From the NCBI GenBank assembly GCA_020247305.1, contig JADCJE010000032.1:88108-152107 (forward strand): a stretch of DNA of 64,000 nt, in the 5' to 3' direction. Every line of letters begins with the position of its first letter. Within the stretch, counting starts at the first letter, position 1. The notes beneath the pieces were generated by a model. It saw only the letters and a list, made by a program, of their open reading frames with translations. It ran no database searches and had not been told where the DNA came from. Positions 17,840-26,051 of this stretch are shown here, piece by piece. Origin of the DNA: Phycisphaerales bacterium. GTDB lineage: Bacteria; Planctomycetota; UBA1135; UBA2386. The translations under genes and the position numbers were made by a program.

Positions 17840-19213
17840 ATGCAGTCCGGTCAATTGCAGCGCCGCCTCGGGCTCACGTCGGCGATCTCGATCACCGTGG
17901 GCGCGGTGATCGGTTCCGGCATCTTCCTCAAGCCGCTCGCCGTGGCGCAGGCCATGCCTTCAGAGGCATGGATCCATGCGCTGTGGATCGGTCTCGGCCT
18001 CGTCTGCCTGTGCGGCGCCTTCGCCTACGCCGAGCTCGGCGCGATGCTGCCGGAGGCGGGCGGGCAGTACGCATTCCTCCGCGAAGGGTGGGGGCGCGGC
18101 GTCGGCTTCCTCTACGGCTGGACCTTCTTCTGGGTCATCAACGCCGGCACGATCGCCGCGCTGTCGCTCGGGTTCGCCGAGAACCTGCTGCCGGCGTTGG
18201 GGGTCGAACTCGCCACCGAAGCAGAGTCGCCGTTCTGGCTGCGCATCGTGCCCGTGGCGATGATCATCGTGCTCGCGCTGGTCAATCACTTCGGCGTCGC
18301 GCTCGGCGCGCTGGTCCAGAACCTCTCGACATTCGCGAAGGTCGGCGCGCTCGGGCTCATCGTCGTCGGCGGCGCGTTCGCCGCCGGCGGCGCTTCGACG
18401 GCCGCCGTGGCGCCCGCCTCGCATGCCGCCACGACGCTCACTTCGGCCGGGTTGGTCACGGCCTTCATGGCGATCTTCTGGGCCTATGAAGGCTGGTACC
18501 AGATGCCCTTCAACGCCGCCGAGCTCAAGCGGCCGGAGCGCAACCTGCCGCTCGGCTTGATCGGCGGCATGGTCATCCTGATCGCCGTGTACCTGCTGGT
18601 GAACCTGGTCTACCTGCGCGTCGTGCCGTTCGCCGAGATGCAGGCGCTGCCGGCGGGCACGCCGTCGACGCACGTCGCGACGCTGGCGGTGGCGCGCGTG
18701 TTCTCGCCGACGGTCGCCGGCTACCTGACGGTCTTCATCGCGATCTCGATCTTCGGCGCCGCCAATCCGAACATGCTGTCGTCGCCGCGGGCGTTCTACG
18801 CCATGAGCAAGGACGGACTCGTGCCGAAGGCGCTCGAACGCGTCAGCCCGCGCTGGGGGACGCCGACGGTGGCGATCTGGGTGCAGGCGGTCGCGGGCAT
18901 CCTGATCGTGCTCTTTCTGCGCACCTTCGGTGACGTGACCGACTTCGTCGTGTTCGCAGCGTTCCTGTTCTACGCGCTCACGGTCGCGTCGGTGTACCGG
19001 CTGCGGCGACGGCGGCCGGAGGCCGTCCGGCCCTACCGCTGCACGGGCTATCCATTCACCCCGGCGCTGTTCATCGTGGTCAGCGTGGCGTTCGTCTTGG
19101 CCACGCTCCGTGACCCTGCCGGCCAGCGCAACGCCCTGAAGGGACTGGCGATCATCGCTGCTGGCTTGCCGTACTACGTCTGGCTGCTCCTGCGCTCGCG
19201 GCTGCGCGCCTGA
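17840..19213 (+). CDS. APC-family amino-acid permease
   Basis: N-terminal LGLTSAISITVGAVIGSGIFLKP. About 12 hydrophobic segments. Typical length. Confidence 0.85.
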   Translation: MQSGQLQRRLGLTSAISITVGAVIGSGIFLKPLAVAQAMPSEAWIHALWIGLGLVCLCGAFAYAELGAMLPEAGGQYAFLREGWGRGVGFLYGWTFFWVINAGTIAALSLGFAENLLPALGVELATEAESPFWLRIVPVAMIIVLALVNHFGVALGALVQNLSTFAKVGALGLIVVGGAFAAGGASTAAVAPASHAATTLTSAGLVTAFMAIFWAYEGWYQMPFNAAELKRPERNLPLGLIGGMVILIAVYLLVNLVYLRVVPFAEMQALPAGTPSTHVATLAVARVFSPTVAGYLTVFIAISIFGAANPNMLSSPRAFYAMSKDGLVPKALERVSPRWGTPTVAIWVQAVAGILIVLFLRTFGDVTDFVVFAAFLFYALTVASVYRLRRRRPEAVRPYRCTGYPFTPALFIVVSVAFVLATLRDPAGQRNALKGLAIIAAGLPYYVWLLLRSRLRA

Positions 19214-19325
19214 GTCGACGCGCCCCTCGCGTCGCCGCGGTCGCCGTGTTGAGCCGTTGCCGGCAGGCCACTCGAAGGGAGGCCAAGGTCGCCCTCGGGG
19301 CGGCGATTGGGTACCCTCGCCGCCG

Positions 19326-19880
19326 ATGGATCCGTTGCAGTTCTCGCTGTTCTTCGCCGCCCTGCTGATCGGCTACCTGCTGCTGCACGTCCGCGTCGCC
19401 CGCTTCGAGCAGCATCTCGAGAAGCTCGTCGTCCTGCGCTCGATCGACGACCGTCTGCGCCAACTCGACGACCGCGTGCAGTTGCTGGGGCAGTCGATCG
19501 ACCGCATCCGCGTCGAGAGGGTCGAAGCGCAACTCGAGCGACTGCACGACGACCTGCAGGACCTGCGCGAAGTGACCAGCGGCATCCAGCCCGCCGTCGT
19601 GCAGATGCCCACGCCAGCGCCGACGACGGCGGCAGTCAGCGACGCCCCGGCAGAGACGCTTGCAGTGCGCATCGTCGCAGCGGTCGAGAACCGGCTGCTG
19701 CAACTCGGTTACCGCGACGTGCAGATCCTCAGCGATCTCCACCGCCTGGATCCCGCCGTCGACGCAGAACTGCAGGTCGAGTGCTGGCGCGGCGGCATGC
19801 CGTCCAAGGGGCGTGTCCTGGTGCGCAATGGCGCGGTGCGCGACGTCGCCGTGCAGACCGTGACGCAGATGTTCCCGTGA
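19326..19880 (+). CDS. Hypothetical membrane-anchored coiled-coil protein
   Basis: ATG at 19326 gives the N-terminal TM segment MDPLQFSLFFAALLIGYLLL. Heptad-like charged region. High GC3. Confidence 0.5.
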   Translation: MDPLQFSLFFAALLIGYLLLHVRVARFEQHLEKLVVLRSIDDRLRQLDDRVQLLGQSIDRIRVERVEAQLERLHDDLQDLREVTSGIQPAVVQMPTPAPTTAAVSDAPAETLAVRIVAAVENRLLQLGYRDVQILSDLHRLDPAVDAELQVECWRGGMPSKGRVLVRNGAVRDVAVQTVTQMFP

Positions 19881-19919
19881 ATACGCCGGCTCGGCGGGCT
19901 GCGACCACCGTGCGCGGCA

Positions 19920-20627
19920 TCAGCGCGCCACGAGCCACGCCTCGACTTCGGCGGTGACCTGTTCGAGCGCCGGCCAGCTGGCGTCGGGATCCAGCGTGCG
20001 GGCGAGTTCGGTCGCGCCTTCGCGCAGCAGCATGCGCTGGACGAGGTAGCGCTCCAGCGCCCAGCGAGGCCGGGCGGGCAGGCCGTGGCGGGCGCCGGAT
20101 GCGGTGCCTGCCGGCGTGCCGGCGAGCAGTACGGCGGTCAGGAACGGCGCCGCTTCCTTGCCGTGTCCCATGCGGGCCAGGGCGCATGCCGCAGCCGTGC
20201 GCAGCGTTGCGTCGGCGGCCAGGTCCGCGACGGCAGCGCGCAGCGCGGGGAGTGCTATCGCTTGCTTGCGTTCGCCCAAGGCGAGCGCAGCTTCGACGGC
20301 CAGGCTGCCCCGATCGGCCACGAACTCCACCAAGACGCCGTCGTCGATGGCCTGCCCGCAGCGTCCGAGCGCCGCGACCACAGCCGGCGCACCGGGCGCT
20401 TGCTGCTGCGACTGCACTGCCGCCAGCAATGCGTTCGCTTCGGCCAGCTGCATCGGCAAGCCCGCGGCGATGCGCTCGGGCCAGGCCTCCGGGGCGGACT
20501 CGAGCAACGCCTGATGGCGCGGGGACAACGTCGGCGCGCCCGAGGGCGCGACGGCCGGGTTGCCAGCGCACGCCGAACAGAGCGCGCACGCGCCCATCGC
20601 CAATACAAGCAGGATGCCGTTCGTCAT
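19920..20627 (-). CDS. HEAT-repeat-like lipoprotein
   Basis: Lipoprotein signal MTNGILLVLAMGACALCSAC. Ala/Leu-rich helical repeats. Confidence 0.55.
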   Translation of the reverse strand: MTNGILLVLAMGACALCSACAGNPAVAPSGAPTLSPRHQALLESAPEAWPERIAAGLPMQLAEANALLAAVQSQQQAPGAPAVVAALGRCGQAIDDGVLVEFVADRGSLAVEAALALGERKQAIALPALRAAVADLAADATLRTAAACALARMGHGKEAAPFLTAVLLAGTPAGTASGARHGLPARPRWALERYLVQRMLLREGATELARTLDPDASWPALEQVTAEVEAWLVAR

Positions 20628-20708
20628 GGCATCAGCGTCGCCAACGGCGTAGCGCCTGTCGAGCGGCGGTCCCGCGCCGGCATCGCAGGCGCGGTTCGCG
20701 GGCCCTGC

Positions 20709-21674
20709 TCACGCAGTCGGCCCGCCGCCGTCCAGCCACGCGAAGAACAAGTCCGGCAGCGGCGCCGTGACCGTACGGTCCTCGGCTTCGATGGGGTGCC
20801 GGAACGTCAGCGCCTCGGCGTGCAGCAGGTGCCGCTGTGGCCCGCCGTCGCGCCAGGAACGCGCGTCGCCGGTTCGTTTGGCGTCGGCGATGAACGCGAG
20901 GTAGTCCTCATCGCGCCGACCATAGAGCTTGTCCCCGACTACCGGATGCCCGGCGTGTTCGAGGTGCGCCCGGATCTGGTGGGTTCTACCGGTTGCCGGC
21001 AAGGCCCGCAGCAACGTGTTCGCGGCGCCACGGCGAACGACCTGGAAGCTGGTCCGAGCCGGTTTGCCGTCCCGGCACGCAGGGCCGCAGGCGCGACGCA
21101 ACGTCACCGCGCTGGCGATGGCGTGTCCGATCGGCGCGTCGACGACGAAGTCGGCTGCAACAAGGCCGCGGACCACGGCGACGTAGGATTTCGCCACCGT
21201 GCCGGCTTCGAACTGCTGCTGCAGGTCCTTGCGCGCCGCATCGTCGCGTGCAAAGAGCACGACGCCGCTCGTTTCGCGATCGAGGCGGTGGCACGGACCC
21301 AACGACGGCTCGTCACGACGCGACTGCAGCAAGTGCACGAGCGTTGACCGCCGAAACGGGCCATCGGCGTGCATCGGCAGGTGGGCCGGCTTGTCGACGG
21401 CCAAGACGCACGCATCCTCGTAGAGCGTCGCGATCCGGTCGTCGACCCACGGCTCGGGATCGGGTCGCAGGTAGGAGACGCGCTCTCCGCGTCGCAAAAC
21501 CCTGTCGGCAACCGCGCAGAGACCGCCCACGTGCACGGTGCCGGCGGCTATCTCGCTCAACCAACGGGCCCGATCGTGGTAGGGAAACCGTGCGCAGAGA
21601 TACTCGATCAGCGATCGCCCGTGCGCGTTCGGCGGGACGAGCGAGCCGAGACCGGCATCGGGTTCACGCGGCAC
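20709..21674 (-). CDS. RluA-family 23S rRNA/tRNA pseudouridine synthase
   Basis: Catalytic motif HRLDRETSGVVLFARD. GRTHQIRAHL motif. GTG start. Confidence 0.85.
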   Translation of the reverse strand: MPREPDAGLGSLVPPNAHGRSLIEYLCARFPYHDRARWLSEIAAGTVHVGGLCAVADRVLRRGERVSYLRPDPEPWVDDRIATLYEDACVLAVDKPAHLPMHADGPFRRSTLVHLLQSRRDEPSLGPCHRLDRETSGVVLFARDDAARKDLQQQFEAGTVAKSYVAVVRGLVAADFVVDAPIGHAIASAVTLRRACGPACRDGKPARTSFQVVRRGAANTLLRALPATGRTHQIRAHLEHAGHPVVGDKLYGRRDEDYLAFIADAKRTGDARSWRDGGPQRHLLHAEALTFRHPIEAEDRTVTAPLPDLFFAWLDGGGPTA

Positions 21675-21749
21675 GCGTTGTTCTTGGGCGGCAAAGTGGG
21701 GTTCGTGGGCGGCAAGGTGCGGCCGGCCGCTGGATTCGGACTTCGGCGC

Positions 21750-22190
21750 TCAGGCCGTCGTCGGGTCGGCCTTGCGGCGACGGCGCAGCAGGGACAGACC
21801 TGCCAGCCCCGTGCCAACGAGGACGAAGGTGCTCGGCTCCGGAACGGGTTGGCCACCACCGCTGCCGCCACCGGCTCCACCGCCCGACGTGCCGCCGCCG
21901 CTGGTGCCACCGCCGCCTCCGGTCGAACCGCCGCCGGACGTGCTGCCGCCCGAACCGCCACCGGTTGTCGAGCCCCCGGTTTCCGCGCCAGAGGAACCGC
22001 CGCCTCCGCCGCCGCCGGACGAACCGGGATCGGGAGGATTCACGGGCGGCGGGGGGGTCGACGCCGGGGCGATCGACTTGGTGTGGCTGCCGCCACCGCA
22101 AGCCCCGAGGGTAAGGCCGGCGAGTACAGCGAGTATGGGCAGGAGGCGCATGAGAGAACGCTTGGTCACGACGCCGGACGGGCGTCGCAT
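21750..22190 (-). CDS. Small Gly/Ser/Thr-rich PEP-CTERM sorting-domain protein
   Basis: C-terminus PVPEPSTFVLVGTGLAGLSLLRRRRK (PEP motif, TM helix, Arg cluster). N-terminal signal with lipobox-like LTLGAC. An alternative start exists at 22151. Confidence 0.75.
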   Translation of the reverse strand: MRRPSGVVTKRSLMRLLPILAVLAGLTLGACGGGSHTKSIAPASTPPPPVNPPDPGSSGGGGGGGSSGAETGGSTTGGGSGGSTSGGGSTGGGGGTSGGGTSGGGAGGGSGGGQPVPEPSTFVLVGTGLAGLSLLRRRRKADPTTA

Positions 22191-22454
22191 ACAGAAGCGG
22201 AACCTACATGCAAACTACACCGCGGGGGAATCAAGTAACGGTACAACGTCACGGTTTGCGTCATTTCGGGACCCAGCTCGGTCGGGAGGTGTGAACGAAC
22301 GCACCAGGGCGACAACTCGCGGGGTCTTCCGGCCCGCGGTTCGAAGACGATACGCGCTTGCGGTGCGCGTTCCGCGCTTTGCCATCGCTGAAACGGTCGC
22401 ATTTTGCCGTTGCATCGCGGCGCGAAGCCAGGACGGATTGCCCGGTGCCGGGCC

Positions 22455-25400
22455 TCACCGAAGATTTCGATAGACCGAAATCGAGTGATCCGGCTCGATG
22501 ACCCAGAGTTCATCGGCGTTGGCAAGCACCCTTGCCTTCTTGCTGCCTTCGAGACGGTATTGCACCTCGCCCGTCTCCTGCGAGTGAACCATCGGCCCCG
22601 TCGCGGAGGGGACGACCAGGCGTTGGCCGTGGCGCACGACGGCGCCAACGTGCTCGCCCTCGGTAGCCTGCGTAGCTGCGACCTTGGCGCCGCTCGAACG
22701 CTGCAGTTTGGTCAACCCGGAGCGCAGGGCCTGCCAGACGTGGTCGCCGACCACGATCGGCGTGCCCAGCGGTTCGCCGCCCAGCTCGACGTCCCAGTTG
22801 GTCGCGCCGGAAGCGAGGCCGATCGAGGCCAGCCGACCGCGGTCTGTGCACACGATCAGGTCGCCAGCGTCCTGGACGAAGCCCAAGACCTCGGCGTCGC
22901 CGATGCGTCGGTCGAGCGTCCGCTTGCCGTCGGCCGCGTGGCGACGCAGTTGCCCCTTGCCGCTCAGCGTCGTGACGCCGCCGTCCGCGTCGGTCCAGAA
23001 GCCGGCGATCGAATCGTCAGCGGTGAACCGCCGCTGCACCTTGCCGTCGTCACCGAGGAACACGACCGCCCCGGACGTGGTGGCGGCGACTAGCCCACCG
23101 GCGACCGACTTGGGAGCAAGGTCCATCGGCAGATCGGCCGCCGTCCACGCGATGGCTCCAGTTGCCAGGTCTACGGCACGCAGGTCGCCATCGACGGAAC
23201 CGATGATGGCGCGCGAACCGACGATGACGGGGCGCGTCAGGAAGCCGGAGAGATCCTCCGTCCGTCGGCTCCACAACGGCACGCCGTCCTTGCCCATCAT
23301 GGCAACCGTGCCGGCGCGATCCACCACGAGGACGCCCGCGGCGGTCGCGACTGGCGGCATCTCCACGGCGCTGGCGAGCTTGCGCGCCGACTCCGGTTGC
23401 AACCGCAGGTCGAACGAGAGCACTGCCTTGTCGTCGCCGGACACCGAGACTTTCGCGCCGGCGAAGCCGGCGAGTTCCACCCGGACCTCCGAAGTGTTTG
23501 CCGGGCTGCGCTGCAACAGGACCGGCGTGACGCCGGCGTCCGCGCCATCGAGCCGCACACGGGCGCCGAGCGGCCGCGTCGCGATCCGCAAAGGCAGGCG
23601 GACGATCCGTTCGAATCCGATCTCCGGGAACGTGTCGCACAGCGAACGCATGTGCCTCTTCGCCGTGTCGAAGTCGCCCGCCTTGCTCGCCGCCACCTGC
23701 TGATCGAGCAGTTCGGTGATCGCGCGGAGTCTGGCGATGCGTTCGCGGAAGTGCTTCAACAGCGAGTTGTCGGCCGACGAGTGCTGTTCGAGCTCGCTGT
23801 AGTCGGCGAGCGCGCCGACGAAGTCGTTGGCAGCCTCGCGCTGGACTGCGCGCTGGAACAGCGGGTCGAGGCGCCGCTGCTGTTCGTTGCGGGCCATCGC
23901 CGCGCCGTACGCGGCTGTCAGCGTCTCCGCCTTGCGGAAGGACTCGCGCATCGCCCCCTCGCTCTGGGCGAGGTGCTTCTGCAGATCGGCCGGCAAGTAG
24001 GCGATCTCCTCCTTGCCGGCGACGACCGCCTCGAACTCCTTGAACGCCTGGATCCACGCTACGTCTACGGTCTTCGCCAGCTTCGCTTGCGCGGCGACGA
24101 GGTCGTTGCGGTCGATGAGCTGTTCGGGCAGCGGCAAGGTCTGCTGTTGGAGGTTCCGGGCGATGTCGCCGAGTCGGACGGTAAAGGCCCGCAGCCGGCG
24201 ATCCGCGGCTTCGATCGTGGCGACCCGACGGTCCTCCGCCGCGGCGAGACGTTGATAGACCTTGACCGCTTCGTCGACCTTGCCGCCTTCGAGCGCCTCG
24301 GCCGCGCGCGCAAGTTCGGCGACCAGCTCTTCGTTGCGTTGCTTGTGGCGCCGGGACGACTCCTGCGCCTTTGCGAACGAGAGTTGCGTCCGGAGGTCGG
24401 TGATGCCGTCGACGTCGCCGAGTTGCGCGGTCCATTCGGCGAGGCGGCTCACCGCGTCGTCGAATTGGCGCTTGGCGATCAGCTGCCCGACCTCCGCGCG
24501 CGCTTCCTCGAGACTCTGCAGGTCGGCGAAGTGGCTCCAGAACCACATGCCGACGCCGATGGTGCCGAGCCCGAGGGCGGCGGCGATGCCGACGCGGGCG
24601 ATGCGCGCTCCCCGTGTCCGCGTGCGCTGCTTCAGCAGCTTGGCGATGTCCTTGCGGTTGCGGTCGAGGCGCAGCAGATGCGCGTAGGCGCTGTTGGCCT
24701 GGCTGGTCTCTCCCAGGGCGTCGTGGTGCTCGGCGAGCTCCTTGAGCACGGCCACGGCGCCGGGGATGTCCTTGGCCTTCTGGCGGGCGCGCGCCTCGCG
24801 TAGCAGGATCGCCGGCCGCATCGTGTGCGTCCGCCTCGCGTCCTCGACGATCTCGAGGGCGGTGCCAGTGCGTCCTTCCGTGGTCAGGGCATCGAGCAGT
24901 TCGAGCGTGCACTTCTCCAGCTCGGGCGAGTCCGCCGGGCTGTGTACGAGCAGGATCGTGCGCAGGTAGCTGAGCGTGCTGACGTCATGCGGATCGAGTT
25001 CCTTGGCGCGACGCGCCATGTGGAGCGAGGTCTCGCCGTCTTCCTGACGCTGTGCCGCCTCCAGCAGCATCGCGCTGGCGATCTTCCGCTCGCCGGCGAC
25101 GTCGAGGCATTCCGCTGCCGCACGGACGACGTCGACCGAGCGGTCGTCCGGCCGCGCGATCAACGTGCGAATGGTCATCAGCGCGCGCTTGCCGTTGCCG
25201 CCGTCGGCGAGCCGCTGGGCGACGGCCACGAGCCCCTCGTCGTCGGGGTTGCGCAGCCATCCCGCCTTCACGAGATCGCGTGCGGCCCTCGCGCCGGCGA
25301 ACATGCCCGTCGCGCAGCGCTCCGTGAGTTCGCGGTAGCTGGTGTGCCCGTCGACGCCCCGCAGCAGCTCGGCTCGTGCCGCATCCAGCCCCGTGCCGTC

Positions 25401-26051
25401 CATGGTCTCGCGCGTCCGCTGCGGCACCTCGTCGAGCGACCCGATGGCGGCCAGGATCGTCTCCCACTCGTCCGACCGCCGGGCGACCTCCAGCAGGAGG
25501 CTGTTGATGTCGTACTCGAAGCAGCTGTCGAACAGCTTGGCGGTGTCCGCCTGCGGGGCGCCCTTCCACAATTCGAACGCGCCGTGGCGCCAAGTGAAGA
25601 GGGCGTAGACGTCTTCTGCCGCCTGCTCCTCCAGCAACGCCTCGATGTGGTCGTGGGTGCAGTGCCCGCCTTCCACGAGCAGGACGCCCAGCGGGCGCTT
25701 GTCCTTGCGCTGCTCGATGAGCACGGCGCGCAGGGTCTCGATCGTGACGACGCCGGCGTTGACGAGGCGTTGGCCGATGCGCCGCGCCAGGACGCGCTGC
25801 GGCACGTGCACGCGGATGCGGCCGTCCTTGCAGTAGACGTGGCGGTCCTCGAGGGGGTTGCGGATCCGCATCGTCCCCTCCATCTTCGTGGTCGCGAGCG
25901 TCTGCAGCACATCCGCCAGGTGGATCTGCTCCAGGTCGCCCTGCATCATCACCGTCTGCGGTTCGGCCTCCGCAGGGGCTTGCTCGTTCGACGCCTCGGC
26001 GAGGAGGAAGTCGACCTCTGCATCACTCAGGACTTCGGAACGTGGCGCCAT
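22455..26051 (-). CDS. Large single-pass membrane protein: DUF4388, MshEN (T2SSE_N)-like, TPR, TM helix, coiled coil, PEGA, PQQ-like beta-propeller
   Basis: QGDLEQIHLADVLQTL (DUF4388-like). Tandem MshEN motifs at 25623-25781. TM IARVGIAAALGLGTIGVGMWFW at 24537-24602. PEGA-like ARVRLDGADAGVTPVLL. Repeated LRAVDLATGAIAW-type blades. The start may instead be the internal MMQ at about 25949. Confidence 0.8.
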   Translation of the reverse strand: MAPRSEVLSDAEVDFLLAEASNEQAPAEAEPQTVMMQGDLEQIHLADVLQTLATTKMEGTMRIRNPLEDRHVYCKDGRIRVHVPQRVLARRIGQRLVNAGVVTIETLRAVLIEQRKDKRPLGVLLVEGGHCTHDHIEALLEEQAAEDVYALFTWRHGAFELWKGAPQADTAKLFDSCFEYDINSLLLEVARRSDEWETILAAIGSLDEVPQRTRETMDGTGLDAARAELLRGVDGHTSYRELTERCATGMFAGARAARDLVKAGWLRNPDDEGLVAVAQRLADGGNGKRALMTIRTLIARPDDRSVDVVRAAAECLDVAGERKIASAMLLEAAQRQEDGETSLHMARRAKELDPHDVSTLSYLRTILLVHSPADSPELEKCTLELLDALTTEGRTGTALEIVEDARRTHTMRPAILLREARARQKAKDIPGAVAVLKELAEHHDALGETSQANSAYAHLLRLDRNRKDIAKLLKQRTRTRGARIARVGIAAALGLGTIGVGMWFWSHFADLQSLEEARAEVGQLIAKRQFDDAVSRLAEWTAQLGDVDGITDLRTQLSFAKAQESSRRHKQRNEELVAELARAAEALEGGKVDEAVKVYQRLAAAEDRRVATIEAADRRLRAFTVRLGDIARNLQQQTLPLPEQLIDRNDLVAAQAKLAKTVDVAWIQAFKEFEAVVAGKEEIAYLPADLQKHLAQSEGAMRESFRKAETLTAAYGAAMARNEQQRRLDPLFQRAVQREAANDFVGALADYSELEQHSSADNSLLKHFRERIARLRAITELLDQQVAASKAGDFDTAKRHMRSLCDTFPEIGFERIVRLPLRIATRPLGARVRLDGADAGVTPVLLQRSPANTSEVRVELAGFAGAKVSVSGDDKAVLSFDLRLQPESARKLASAVEMPPVATAAGVLVVDRAGTVAMMGKDGVPLWSRRTEDLSGFLTRPVIVGSRAIIGSVDGDLRAVDLATGAIAWTAADLPMDLAPKSVAGGLVAATTSGAVVFLGDDGKVQRRFTADDSIAGFWTDADGGVTTLSGKGQLRRHAADGKRTLDRRIGDAEVLGFVQDAGDLIVCTDRGRLASIGLASGATNWDVELGGEPLGTPIVVGDHVWQALRSGLTKLQRSSGAKVAATQATEGEHVGAVVRHGQRLVVPSATGPMVHSQETGEVQYRLEGSKKARVLANADELWVIEPDHSISVYRNLR

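Noticed and set aside
22191-22454. A 264-nt AT-richer spacer between the large membrane protein gene and the PEP-CTERM gene, considered as a possible ncRNA.
   Set aside because: I see only a short GC hairpin right after the stop at 22455, which is probably a terminator. There is no extended conserved-looking structure or recognisable RNA family motif. The spacer most likely holds a terminator plus the promoter for the downstream gene. It is left unannotated.
21772-22473. Proline-rich ORFs (PPPLPPPAPPP...) at 21772-22473(+) and 30214-30999(-).
   Set aside because: They are the reverse-complement reading of the Gly-rich (GGC/GGT) tracts in the PEP-CTERM protein and the lipoprotein linker. They have no signal or start context of their own.
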